A stretch of DNA of 64,000 nt from Abditibacterium sp. (GTDB lineage Bacteria; Armatimonadota; Abditibacteriia; Abditibacteriales; Abditibacteriaceae), in assembly GCA_965199495.1 (NCBI GenBank), contig CBDASK010000003.1, positions 2,816,001 through 2,880,000 on the forward strand, written 5' to 3'. Under the pieces are notes generated by a model. The model worked only from the letters and a program-made list of their open reading frames with translations, was not told the origin of the DNA and did no database searches. Of the stretch, positions 38,399 through 47,980 are shown in pieces; positions within the stretch are counted from its first letter, which is position 1, and each line of letters starts with the position of its first letter. Made by a program: the position numbers and the translations under genes.

Positions 38399-39151
38399 AT
38401 GCCCAAACTCCCACTCATTTTAGACATTGATTTCACGCTGATTCACCTCGAATATGTATCCGGCTCCATCGAAGTTCCGGGGCGCACGCGCTCGGCTTAT
38501 CTGGTACCGCGCACGATTGAAGTTCTGGGCGAATTGCAAGCGCGCTTTGACATCGTATTAGCCACGGCGCGTTCGTGGGACGGCACGCATTGGGTTTGCG
38601 AGGGACTGAAAGCGCGCGGCGTGAACGTCGAAAGCGTCGTCATCGAAGACGGCGCGCGCTTGGGGCGCTTCGGCGAATTGCGCGCGTTTGATGCCGATTT
38701 TGACGTGACAAAAATTCGCGAATCGCTTGTTACGCAAGCGAGTTGGCCCACATTCGAGTGGCAGTTAGATTTCCAAAATTGCGCCGTCGCGCGCTGCGAA
38801 AATCAGGAAGGCGCGGCGCAATTAATGGATATTTTTGCAGAAAAAGACGATTTGCAAAAATGGCGTCCGCGCTTTTATCGCGATGGGCGCAAGGTTTATA
38901 TTCTGCCCGAACGCGCCGATAAATGGAGCGCTCTGCAACAATTATTAGGCGAGCGCGCCGCGCAAGCGGCGGGCGTGGGCGATGGAGCCAACGATTTGGT
39001 TTGGTTACCAAATGTCGTGTATCCGGCGACATTTAACGATGCCGATGCCGCGTTAATTGAAGCCGTGCGCGCCCGCCCTGGCTGCATCGGCGGTGCGAGA
39101 GGGCATCAAGCGATCAAGCAGATTCTACGGGATTTTCTTAAATTTCAATAG
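38399..39151 (+). CDS. HAD-superfamily (Cof-like) phosphatase
   Basis: LDIDFTL (DxD), LATARS, DK and VGDGAND. Confidence 0.87.
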   Translation: MPKLPLILDIDFTLIHLEYVSGSIEVPGRTRSAYLVPRTIEVLGELQARFDIVLATARSWDGTHWVCEGLKARGVNVESVVIEDGARLGRFGELRAFDADFDVTKIRESLVTQASWPTFEWQLDFQNCAVARCENQEGAAQLMDIFAEKDDLQKWRPRFYRDGRKVYILPERADKWSALQQLLGERAAQAAGVGDGANDLVWLPNVVYPATFNDADAALIEAVRARPGCIGGARGHQAIKQILRDFLKFQ

Positions 39152-39242
39152 CCACGAAAAAGCACAAAAGGAACAAAAATTTGGAAGAATTAAATGAACG
39201 TTCTTCCAAATTTTTGTTCCTTTTGTGCTTTTTCGTGGCTAT
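39148..39242. repeat. Inverted repeat, perfect 42-bp arms, 11-bp loop (GCCACGAAAAAGCACAAAA type); probable bidirectional terminator
   Basis: 39148-39189 is the reverse complement of 39201-39242; lies between the convergent HAD and terB genes. Confidence 0.92.
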
Positions 39243-39246
39243 AAAA

Positions 39247-39702
39247 TTAAACGTCGAAATCGGCGGGCGGCAGACCGGCGGCCAAACAGGCATCGCGCAC
39301 GGCTTTCATTTCGTTTTTATCGAAGTTGCCATCGGCGTTGCCAATCACGATGCCGATTTGCACGACGGCGCGCGCCTGATCGTCTTTGCCCTTGAGCTTA
39401 CCAATCGCCTGAATCGCTTCGATGCGCCCGAAATCGGCGTCGGCGTTGATTTTGTCCACGTAAAAATCGAATTTGGTTTTCAGTTCCGAAGCCGGAAAGA
39501 TTTTCAGCGTTTCGTTGTTGCCGATAAGAGCGGCGGTTTTGGCGCGTTCGCTGGAATCCACGTTGCCATCGGCAGACGCAATCAAAGCACACATCGCCAT
39601 GCAGCCGTTGGCGAAATCGGCGTTTTTAAACTTGGAAACGTTGAGTTGCAGTTGGTCGCCCAGCGACTGCGCGCTATTTTTGAGTTGATCGAGAAATCCC
39701 AT
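39247..39702 (-). CDS. terB: TerB-family tellurite resistance/stress protein
   Basis: CALIASADGNVDSSE and IVIGNADGNFDKNE; two-half TerB pattern. Confidence 0.88.
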   Translation of the reverse strand: MGFLDQLKNSAQSLGDQLQLNVSKFKNADFANGCMAMCALIASADGNVDSSERAKTAALIGNNETLKIFPASELKTKFDFYVDKINADADFGRIEAIQAIGKLKGKDDQARAVVQIGIVIGNADGNFDKNEMKAVRDACLAAGLPPADFDV

Positions 39703-39800
39703 AATGGCCGCGCGATGTTGCAAATTATGGCCCGATTTCTCGAAAAAGGGAAAACGTCCGCCCCACTGGGAACGCGCCTTGCCTGAAAACGCAGCCACTC

Positions 39801-41195
39801 ATGCCTACTCCGCTTCACATTGTCTGGCACCGCGCCGATTTGCGCACGCACGATCATCCAGCGCTCGTCGCCGCGCTCGAAATGGCCAAGTCCGGCGGCG
39901 CTGTTGTGCCCATCGTCATTATTGACGACGCGATTTTCGAGCGGCCCGATTTGACCCCGCGCCGCCAAGCGCACTTTCTGGAAAACGTGCGGGCTTTGCG
40001 CGCAAGCTATCACCAATTAGGCGCCAGTCTGGTCGTGCGACGCGGCAAACCCGAAGTCGAATTGAGCAAACTCGCCGACGAATGGGGCGATGTTTTCTCC
40101 ATTCATTTCATCAAAACTTATACATCTTACGCCAAGGCGCGCGATGCAGCCACGGCGGCGGCCTTGGCCAATCGGGGCATCGAAATTCACGCGCATGGCG
40201 GCCAATATACGCACGAACCGGGCGAAGTCTTGACCAACGATGGCGGGCGTTACGGCGTGTTCGGGCCGTATCGCAAGAAATGGCAGACATTGGATAAACC
40301 CGACGTTTTAGCCAAACCCGATAGATTGCCGCCGTTACCATCAAACATCCTTGTCGGCGAGATTCCGCGCGTCGAAAGCGATATTGCGCTGCCCGACGCG
40401 GGCGAAGACGCGGCTTTGGGCCGCTTGGAATGGTTCTTGAAAAATGGCGAAGCGACTTACGAAAAGACGCGCAACGAACCAGCGCGCGAAGATTCGACAT
40501 CGAAGTTAAGTTACTATTTCAACATCGGCGTGTTAAGCCCGCGTCTGGCGTTCGAGCGCGCCAATACGGAAAAGTGGCGACAGGAATTGACATGGTGGGA
40601 TTTTTACGCCGACGTTTTGGATAGGGCGCCCGAATCGAACGTCGTCGAATATCGCGCCGAGTGGCGCGCGTTTCCTTGGCGCGAAAACGACGAAATTCAA
40701 GACGATTTAGAACGTTGGAAAAACGGTCAAACCGGTTATCCTCTCGTTGACGCCGGAATGCGCGAACTGCAACAAACCGGTTTCATGCACAACCGCGTGC
40801 GCATGATTTGCGCGTCGTTTTTGACCAAACATTTGCTGATTGACTGGAAAATCGGCGAAGAGAATTTTCGCGGTTTATTGTTGTGCGGCGACCGCGCGCA
40901 AAACGTCGGCAACTGGCAATGGGTCGCCGGTTGCGGCGTTGATCCATCGCCTTACTTTCGCGTGTTCAATCCGACGGGGCAGGGCGAAAAATTCGACAAA
41001 CAGGGCGAATACGTGCGCCGTTGGGTGCCCGAATTAAAAGATGTCGCGGCCAAGAATATTTACGAACCGTGGAAATTGGACGCGGTGCCCAAAGGTTATC
41101 CGGCGCCGATTATCGAATTGAACGAAGGCCGCGATAGGTATTTGGAGAAGGCGAAAGCGTATCTGGCGGAGCAGAAAGCGAAGAAAGCGGATTGA
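39801..41195 (+). CDS. phrB: Deoxyribodipyrimidine photolyase (class I-type)
   Basis: WHRADLRTHDHPAL, TSKLS, GQTGYPLVDAGMREL, GFMHNRVRM, GNWQW and YFRVFNP. Confidence 0.93.
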   Translation: MPTPLHIVWHRADLRTHDHPALVAALEMAKSGGAVVPIVIIDDAIFERPDLTPRRQAHFLENVRALRASYHQLGASLVVRRGKPEVELSKLADEWGDVFSIHFIKTYTSYAKARDAATAAALANRGIEIHAHGGQYTHEPGEVLTNDGGRYGVFGPYRKKWQTLDKPDVLAKPDRLPPLPSNILVGEIPRVESDIALPDAGEDAALGRLEWFLKNGEATYEKTRNEPAREDSTSKLSYYFNIGVLSPRLAFERANTEKWRQELTWWDFYADVLDRAPESNVVEYRAEWRAFPWRENDEIQDDLERWKNGQTGYPLVDAGMRELQQTGFMHNRVRMICASFLTKHLLIDWKIGEENFRGLLLCGDRAQNVGNWQWVAGCGVDPSPYFRVFNPTGQGEKFDKQGEYVRRWVPELKDVAAKNIYEPWKLDAVPKGYPAPIIELNEGRDRYLEKAKAYLAEQKAKKAD

Positions 41196-41221
41196 TGTCA
41201 AATCGGCCAAACTGTGCAGCC

Positions 41222-42196
41222 ATGCAAACTCCACTGGGAACGTTGAGCCGTGTTGACGTGCGCGACGCGTGGCAAAACGAAGCAACCGATTTTACGCCGT
41301 GGCTGGCGCTCGCGCCCAACCTGCAACTGTTGGGCGAAACCATCGGTTTGCAACTCGAACTCGAAGCCGTCGAGCGCAACGTTGGACCGTTTCGCGCCGA
41401 TATTTTGTGCAAAGAGGTCGGTTCGGATCGCTGGATTTTGATCGAGAATCAACTGGAGCAAACCGATCACACGCACATGGGCCAACTCATCACCTACGCG
41501 GCGGGTTTGGACGCAGTGACGATTGTGTGGATTGCGCGTGAATTTCGCGAAGAACATCGCGCCGCGCTCGATTGGTTGAATTCGGTGACTGGCACTGACA
41601 TTCATTTTTTTGGTTTGGAAGTCGAACTGTGGCAAATCGGTGACTCGGCTCTGGCACCGAAATTCAATTTAATATCGCAACCAAATGATTGGAGCAAAAC
41701 TGTTCGCCCCGATCCGTCGCCCAAACTGGGCATCAGTGGAACGCAAAATTTGCAACTACGTTTTTGGACGGCATTTCGAGAGTATCTCAACGAGCATTCT
41801 TCAATATTGCGACCGCCCAAGCCTTACCCATGCAACTGGATGTCTTTTGCGGTAGGACGCAGTGGATTTACTCTTGCTGCCGTTACCTCTTTTTGGAACA
41901 ACGAAGCTGGCGAGTGGAATAAAGGCGAACTGCGCGCGGAGTTTGATTTAGCGGGCGACAAAGCCAAAAGCTGTTACCCGCAACTCGAAGCCGACAAAAG
42001 CACAATCGAAGCCGAATTAGGGCAACCACTGATTTGGAACAAGTCGGGAGCCATTATTCGCATTCAATTTCGCCGCGATGCCGACCTTGAAGACGAGAGC
42101 CAGTGGCCGCAATACTTCGCGTGGCTGCAAGAGCATCTCGAACAATTAAATCGCACATTTCGCCCGCGCATCGGACAATTGACGGCGCCGCAATAA
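41222..42196 (+). CDS. DUF4268-domain protein with N-terminal PD-(D/E)XK-like nuclease domain
   Basis: WQNEATDFTPWL, RADILC, ILIENQL and DHTHMGQLITYAAG; C-terminal IEAELG..LIW and QYFAWL. Confidence 0.85.
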   Translation: MQTPLGTLSRVDVRDAWQNEATDFTPWLALAPNLQLLGETIGLQLELEAVERNVGPFRADILCKEVGSDRWILIENQLEQTDHTHMGQLITYAAGLDAVTIVWIAREFREEHRAALDWLNSVTGTDIHFFGLEVELWQIGDSALAPKFNLISQPNDWSKTVRPDPSPKLGISGTQNLQLRFWTAFREYLNEHSSILRPPKPYPCNWMSFAVGRSGFTLAAVTSFWNNEAGEWNKGELRAEFDLAGDKAKSCYPQLEADKSTIEAELGQPLIWNKSGAIIRIQFRRDADLEDESQWPQYFAWLQEHLEQLNRTFRPRIGQLTAPQ

Positions 42197-42198
42197 AC

Positions 42199-42242
42199 CG
42201 AAACCCCCCGTTCTTTTGAAATCAAAAGAGCGGGGGGTTTCG
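42199..42242. terminator. Bidirectional terminator hairpin
   Basis: CGAAACCCCCCGTTCTTTTGA..TCAAAAGAGCGGGGGGTTTCG between convergent genes. Confidence 0.8.
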
Positions 42243-42262
42243 CGCGATTATCTCCCTAATTT

Positions 42263-45088
42263 TCACTCACCAACGATTTCATACCACGCGGTTTTATCGG
42301 CGTCCGACGTGCGAAATTTGAGCGCGCCACCGTTCAAAGTCGAAGGCACGAGCGCGCGCCGTTGACCGCTTTCATCCAAAGCGTAAACTTGCAACTTCGT
42401 CACATCAGTCAATAGTTTCCAGTGGGCTTCGGGCACGCTGATATAAGTCGGGCCATTGCCCCAACCTTGCCCGACGCTGTTATGCGCGGCATTCCACGCC
42501 ATATTGACGTTCTCGGCCTTGCCCACCGCCACCAACAACATACGCTTCGAGTTGGAAATCGGCATGCCGTCCATACTCACGAGCGAACCGGTTGACCACG
42601 GCACGTAATAAGTCGGCGCAAAGAACGCGCTCAACTCGCCGATTTTCAGTTGTTGACCACTGCTCGGCCCGGCCCACGATTTGGCGCGCGGCGCGTTCAA
42701 TTTGAACCAACCCGCTTTGCCGTTGCGCGTGATTTGGCCGGTATCGGAAGTCCATCGGCCCGGATTTTCCAGACTGGCGCGCGAAGTCGCCGGAAAAACG
42801 CCGGTATTAAAAACCGTCGCGACGCGGCCATTGAACGCCATCGCGGGCGGCCCGCCCGCCGCGCCCCACGTTTTGAGATATGGCCCCATCGAAGGCCCGG
42901 CGGGCGTGTTGGCGACTTCCGTCCATTCTTGATTTTTCGGCAAATACAAAGTCGTCTGTGTCGTCGCCGTGGCTGCATCGCCGCGCCGGAAAATCAGCGC
43001 CGCCGCCGGAGCCGTCGCCATTTTGAGCGGCTGCGCGTCAATCGAGAAAAAGCCCTCGAAACTGTTGCGATTCCAGTCGCCGGTGCTATGATAATCGAAG
43101 ACCCACACGCCCGCCCAATCCTGATGCGCCGCCGTTGTCGCCGCCATCAACAGCGATTCGGCGCCGTAATCGTTGGGTTGGCCCGAATTGAATTCCGAAA
43201 CCACAAACGGTTTGCCCGGCACGCGCAGCATCGCGTAATTGGAAAGCGGATCGCCCAAGGGATTGGCCGCCAACGATTGCTGCTCGATTGTCCAGTTGCC
43301 GCCGTTCCAACCGGTCGTGCCAAAGTTGGGATGCTTCCAATAAATATGCACGTCAATCGCATCGGACGAGCTTTCGCGCGCGACGCCCGCCCAGCCGCCG
43401 AACTGCGCCTGTGTGTGCCAAATCGGCACGCGGATGCCCAAATCTTTCTTCAAAAAGTCGCGCATTTCGTTCAGATACGCCAATTCCAATCCACCCAAAT
43501 ACTGCGCGAAATCGCGGCGTGCCGCGAAAATCGGTTCGGTGTTGGCGTCAATGATGGGCAAACCCGCGCGCAGCGTCCAATCGGTCGGCGCCGCGATGCG
43601 GCCACCGGCGCGCAGACTCATCTCGCCGAACTGCACGGCGCCCGGCGAATTGCCCAGATTAATCGCCAACCGAACCGAACCCGGCGTCGCGCCTTGGGGC
43701 TTAAATCCGACGACGAATTGTTGCCAATCGCTCGTCACTTTGATGCTTTGCGACAACCCCAAAAAGCGATAGGGCGCTTTGTCTTCCCACAGGTTGACCG
43801 AAATCGAACGCGGCGAATTGGCGCGCGCCCAAAACGCGAAAGTGTAGACCTTGCCGCTTTCGAGTTGCAGCCCGTCGCGCACCATCTGAAACGCCCAAGT
43901 CACGTTGCCCGCCGCGTTGAGTTGGGCGTTCAAGCCGGGCTGCACCACGCCGCTAATCGCCGGGCCGCCCATGTTATCGCGGCCCAGTTGGCCCGTCGCG
44001 CCGCCCGCCAAGTTAAGTTTCCATACATTTAAAGTCGGCGCGGGCGGCGTGGCTGCCATCGAGGTGCCGTCGGGTAATATCGGCAAAACCGTGCCATCCG
44101 GCCCGATAAATTGATCCACCGAATTGGGCGCGGGCGTCGTATCCAAGGGCGGCGTTGGCGCCACGTAATTGGCGGGCAGCAGCAGTTCGGGGCCGGACGG
44201 ATCGGTATCGTTTTCGGTGTAGGCGCGCGTTAAAGCCGACTGCGACGGATATTTGGCGCGCAACCAATCGTTCCAGCCGTCGCGCAGTTTGCTCGCGGTG
44301 ATCGGCGGCAAATTGGCCAACTTATTTTCCAGCCACAGCGAGAGCAGCGAGTTTTCGTTGTCCACTTCGAGGGCGCAAATGCCCGGCTCATCTTTGTAGG
44401 CGCGGCCCAGATACGGATTGACGTGCGTCAATAAATCGGTCGCGAACTGTTTGTTGAGTTCGGCCAATTTCGGCTCGAAATAGGCGATGCCCTTGTCTTT
44501 TTCGGGGAAACGCGCGGCGCCGGGAAAGCCGTCGGCATCGGTAATTTTGCGCGCGACGTGCAGATTAAAATCAATGTAAATGCCGCGTTTAATCAGCTCG
44601 GCGACGAAAAAATCGAGTTTCTCGACTTGGTCGGGATCGAACTCGTTGGGCCGCGCGACGTTGTAGGCTTTGCCCTTCCAAATGCCAATCGGATTGGCTT
44701 GGCCCTCAAAATGGTGAATGCGCACCGCGTTAAACCCAAATTTGGCTAAACGCCCGGCGATGCGCGGCGCGTCTTCTTTGGACGGAAACACGCCATTGAA
44801 ATTGAGGTTGACGCCCCAAAAGCGCAACTTGCGCCCGCGCCCGTCCACGAAATTTTCGCCCTGCACGCGCACAAATCCGTCTTTGCCCGCCGCGCCATCG
44901 TTGAGAAACGAAACGTCGGTCGGGCCGGTGGCTGCATCGAAGGGTGGCAAGGCAAAAGGAAACATACCGCGCGCAGCCAACGTTTGGGCGCTGGCGCCAT
45001 TGCCGACTTGGGCGCGCGCGGGCGCACTCACAAACGCACTCGCGAATAAACAGGCCGACACAGCGGCGCACACAGAAAGCCAACGCAT
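42263..45088 (-). CDS. Secreted clan GH-A (GH5-like) glycoside hydrolase with inserted CBM4/9-like domain
   Basis: Signal peptide; LRFWGVN, GFNAVRIHH, NPY, EVDNEN (acid/base), DVHIYW and FVVSEFN (nucleophile); YTFAFWARA. Confidence 0.85.
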   Translation of the reverse strand: MRWLSVCAAVSACLFASAFVSAPARAQVGNGASAQTLAARGMFPFALPPFDAATGPTDVSFLNDGAAGKDGFVRVQGENFVDGRGRKLRFWGVNLNFNGVFPSKEDAPRIAGRLAKFGFNAVRIHHFEGQANPIGIWKGKAYNVARPNEFDPDQVEKLDFFVAELIKRGIYIDFNLHVARKITDADGFPGAARFPEKDKGIAYFEPKLAELNKQFATDLLTHVNPYLGRAYKDEPGICALEVDNENSLLSLWLENKLANLPPITASKLRDGWNDWLRAKYPSQSALTRAYTENDTDPSGPELLLPANYVAPTPPLDTTPAPNSVDQFIGPDGTVLPILPDGTSMAATPPAPTLNVWKLNLAGGATGQLGRDNMGGPAISGVVQPGLNAQLNAAGNVTWAFQMVRDGLQLESGKVYTFAFWARANSPRSISVNLWEDKAPYRFLGLSQSIKVTSDWQQFVVGFKPQGATPGSVRLAINLGNSPGAVQFGEMSLRAGGRIAAPTDWTLRAGLPIIDANTEPIFAARRDFAQYLGGLELAYLNEMRDFLKKDLGIRVPIWHTQAQFGGWAGVARESSSDAIDVHIYWKHPNFGTTGWNGGNWTIEQQSLAANPLGDPLSNYAMLRVPGKPFVVSEFNSGQPNDYGAESLLMAATTAAHQDWAGVWVFDYHSTGDWNRNSFEGFFSIDAQPLKMATAPAAALIFRRGDAATATTQTTLYLPKNQEWTEVANTPAGPSMGPYLKTWGAAGGPPAMAFNGRVATVFNTGVFPATSRASLENPGRWTSDTGQITRNGKAGWFKLNAPRAKSWAGPSSGQQLKIGELSAFFAPTYYVPWSTGSLVSMDGMPISNSKRMLLVAVGKAENVNMAWNAAHNSVGQGWGNGPTYISVPEAHWKLLTDVTKLQVYALDESGQRRALVPSTLNGGALKFRTSDADKTAWYEIVGE

Positions 45089-45225
45089 AAGAAAAAGGGA
45101 AGTGCGCACCGCAGTTTCAGCGCGCGCGTAATTTACGCTAAAGGCGCGCCTTTGTTCCGTTGCAAGTCGCAAAGAAGTTTTGTTTTTACGGAGTTGCGCC
45201 CGCAGTTAAGAACGAATGCGCAACT

Positions 45226-46158
45226 CTATTTCAATATCAAATCGCCGTCAATTTGCAGTTTGCCCGCGCGCGATTCGACTTTAGAGAGTTTTACCGCGAA
45301 CGGCAAACCTTCCAAATCATCGAACGAATAAAGCGGATTGACACTTTTGAGCAACGGTGTCGCGACGAGCGACGGAACCGCGACGCCCGAAACCAACAAT
45401 TTCGGTTGCGTCAAAACGATTTGCGAACCGCTCCATCCGGGCTGGCCTTTTAGCTCGAAGGACGCCGACAATCCGTAGAAATTGCGCGCGCCAGTAACAA
45501 TGATTTGTCCATCGCCCAACGTCAGATTGGAGTGCGTCACGTTTTCGGCGCGCTTGGCGACAAGCGGCGCGAGGGCTTCGGGCGCGAGTTCGAGGTGCAT
45601 CGAAGATTGGCCGACGCGCACGATTTTGATTTGTGAATGATTTTTGAGCGCGCCGAAATCGTATTCGACATCGCTAAAATGAAAGTCGGCGCGGTCAACC
45701 GGCAAATTTTGCCACTTGAGTTGGCGCACCGCGATATTCAATTGCGCGGCGCGGCCCACTTTTATTTTTTCGGCTTTGACTGGTTTCGTTTTGCCGATTT
45801 GAACTGGCTTCAATGCGGGCGCGGTTTGCGCGCGCGGCTTGCCGACTTGAATGGCGCCATTCGGCTCGCGCACGACGACCGGCGACGTAGCCACCGGCGC
45901 GATGGATTTAATCGGCGCGGACAGATTTGTTTCAATCGGCAGTTCGTTGAGCGTCAAATTCGACAACTCGATGTCCACTTTGCGAAAGCGACCGTTTAAA
46001 ACGTCTTTGCCGCGTTTGCCCTCAATGGCGACTTTGACATCGGCGCCGGGGAACTTTTGTTGAAGTGCTTTTGTCGCTTCGTCCGCCGCTTTTTCGGGCG
46101 TGACGACGGCGTTAAAAGTCAAAAGACCGCCCGCTAAAATTGCGATTAACCAACCCAT
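45226..46158 (-). CDS. DUF2993/LmeA-like protein
   Basis: N-terminal hydrophobic segment; VKVAIEG..DVLNGRFRKVDI; C-terminal VNPLYSFDDL..GKLQIDG. Confidence 0.65.
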   Translation of the reverse strand: MGWLIAILAGGLLTFNAVVTPEKAADEATKALQQKFPGADVKVAIEGKRGKDVLNGRFRKVDIELSNLTLNELPIETNLSAPIKSIAPVATSPVVVREPNGAIQVGKPRAQTAPALKPVQIGKTKPVKAEKIKVGRAAQLNIAVRQLKWQNLPVDRADFHFSDVEYDFGALKNHSQIKIVRVGQSSMHLELAPEALAPLVAKRAENVTHSNLTLGDGQIIVTGARNFYGLSASFELKGQPGWSGSQIVLTQPKLLVSGVAVPSLVATPLLKSVNPLYSFDDLEGLPFAVKLSKVESRAGKLQIDGDLILK

Positions 46159-46165
46159 GTTTTAA

Positions 46166-46282
46166 GAATACAGGAGACAGGAGACAGGAGACAGCAGATC
46201 GCAATCGAACTGAAAAGAACGCACGAGATATTGCAAGCCCTGATTCCGCTTCCCTGTCTCCCGTCTCCTGTATTCTGTCCCC
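46166..46282. repeat. Inverted heptamer tandem repeats, (CAGGAGA)n ... (CTGTCTC)n
   Basis: Same 7-bp unit as 23481-23614. Confidence 0.85.
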
Positions 46283-47797
46283 TTATAAATGCGGCGTTTC
46301 GTCCTGGCGCCCCAGACGACCTTCGCGCACGCGCACGATGAACGAGATCAAATATTCCAGCGTTTCCGAATCGGGCACTTCTTCGGCGATGCGCTCCAAC
46401 GCTTGCGAAGTATTCAACTCGGAGCGATACAATAATTTGAACGCTTTCGAGATTTGATTGCGCTGTTCTTGGCTGACGCCATTGCGACGCAAACCGCGCA
46501 CGTTCAATCCGTGAATTTTCGACGGGCGCCCATCGGACATACAAAACGGCGGCACGTCTTGCACGACTTTGCTCAAACCACCGACAATCGCCATTTTGCC
46601 GATGTGAACGAACTGATGAATGCCCACGAAACCGCCGATAACGCATTTGTCTTCGATGGTGACGTGCCCCGAAACGCCGGTCGAATTGGAGATCATGTTA
46701 CCGTTTCCAACGACGCAGTTGTGACCGAAATGCACATAGGCCATCAGCAAATTATCGTCGCCAATAACGGTCGCCTGACCTTCGCCCGTCGCGCGATGAA
46801 TCGTCACCATTTCACGCAAGATGTTATTATTGCCGATGCGAACAAACGATTCTTCGCCCTTAAACTTCAAATCTTGCGGCTCGCCGCCCAGAATGACGTG
46901 CGGCATCAAACGGCAATTGGTTCCAATCGAAGTGCCGCGTTTGATAATCACGTTCGATTCGAGCGTCGAACCGGCGCCGATTTGGGTGCCTGCCTCGATA
47001 ATACAAAACGGCCCGATTTCGACGCCTTCGCCGATTTGCGCTTTGGGATCGACAATCGCCGTCGGATGAATTTGGGTCTTGACCGAGGATGCAGCCACGG
47101 CGGCTGGCTCGGTTATCGGCGTGACAACTACGGGCACCATTTTTTCGGCGGGCGCGGCGGTTTGCGGCGTTTCTGCTGGCGCGCTGCCGTTGGTTTTCAG
47201 GTTTTCGGCGCCTTTAATCGCATTGGCGCCCGCCGAACGAATAATGCTCTGCGCGACGCTACCGGTCGAGCCGGGCGACGTAAAAAAGGTATAATCGGCG
47301 TCAACGACGATTTCGCCTTCGACGCGCCCGACGACGGTGACTTTGGCGATGGGGCCGCGCAAAACTTCCAAAATCGCTTCGGTCACGACGGTATCGCCGG
47401 GGCGCACCGGATGGTGAAAACGCGCCTTTTCGATTTTGGCGAAATACGATAAGGCGCCCGGCGTATTGCGCGTGACCAAAATCAAAACGCCCGCGATTTG
47501 CGCCATGCTTTCGAGCAGCAAAACGCCCGGCATCACGGGATGGCCGGGGAAATGGCCCTGAAAAAACTCTTCGGTCGAAGTCACATTTTTCAGGCCAACG
47601 ATACGATGTCCGGCTTCGAGCTCGGTGATTTTATCCACTAACAACATCGGATAGCGATGCGGCAAAATCTGGGTGATCTCGTCCCAGCCGAGCGGCAAAG
47701 GCGGCAAAGGCAACGGCGTGACGGCCATCTGCACGCGCGGATTGTGCGGCGAACGCATTTGCGGGCCGAGGGGAGCGGGTTCGGGAGTTTCGGTCAT
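46283..47797 (-). CDS. fabZ-lpxA: Fused FabZ (3-hydroxyacyl-ACP dehydratase) and LpxA (UDP-GlcNAc O-acyltransferase)
   Basis: LPHRYPMLLVD and FFQGHFPGHPVMPGVL (FabZ); Ala/Pro linker; IHPTAIVD hexapeptide repeats, PQDLKF, IHRAT, HFGHNC and GLNVRGLRR (LpxA); one open frame. Confidence 0.93.
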   Translation of the reverse strand: MTETPEPAPLGPQMRSPHNPRVQMAVTPLPLPPLPLGWDEITQILPHRYPMLLVDKITELEAGHRIVGLKNVTSTEEFFQGHFPGHPVMPGVLLLESMAQIAGVLILVTRNTPGALSYFAKIEKARFHHPVRPGDTVVTEAILEVLRGPIAKVTVVGRVEGEIVVDADYTFFTSPGSTGSVAQSIIRSAGANAIKGAENLKTNGSAPAETPQTAAPAEKMVPVVVTPITEPAAVAASSVKTQIHPTAIVDPKAQIGEGVEIGPFCIIEAGTQIGAGSTLESNVIIKRGTSIGTNCRLMPHVILGGEPQDLKFKGEESFVRIGNNNILREMVTIHRATGEGQATVIGDDNLLMAYVHFGHNCVVGNGNMISNSTGVSGHVTIEDKCVIGGFVGIHQFVHIGKMAIVGGLSKVVQDVPPFCMSDGRPSKIHGLNVRGLRRNGVSQEQRNQISKAFKLLYRSELNTSQALERIAEEVPDSETLEYLISFIVRVREGRLGRQDETPHL

Positions 47798-47858
47798 GAA
47801 TTAAAGGCTCAGGGGAAAATCTGGTAAATAGCTTAGCAAAGCGGGCCAAAGCGAACGC

Positions 47859-47978
47859 TTTCGTTGCGCCCGTAGAGACACCGACTTGTCGTGTCTAAAA
47901 CGTCGGAGTCGCTATTTCGCAAAAGAGAATTTAACGTTTTAGACGCGACAAGTCGGTGTCTCTACGGGCGCAACGAAA
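47859..47978. repeat. GTAG-type REP doublet, 45-bp arms with 1 mismatch, 30-bp spacer
   Basis: 47859-47903 versus 47934-47978. Confidence 0.92.
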
Positions 47979-47980
47979 AC

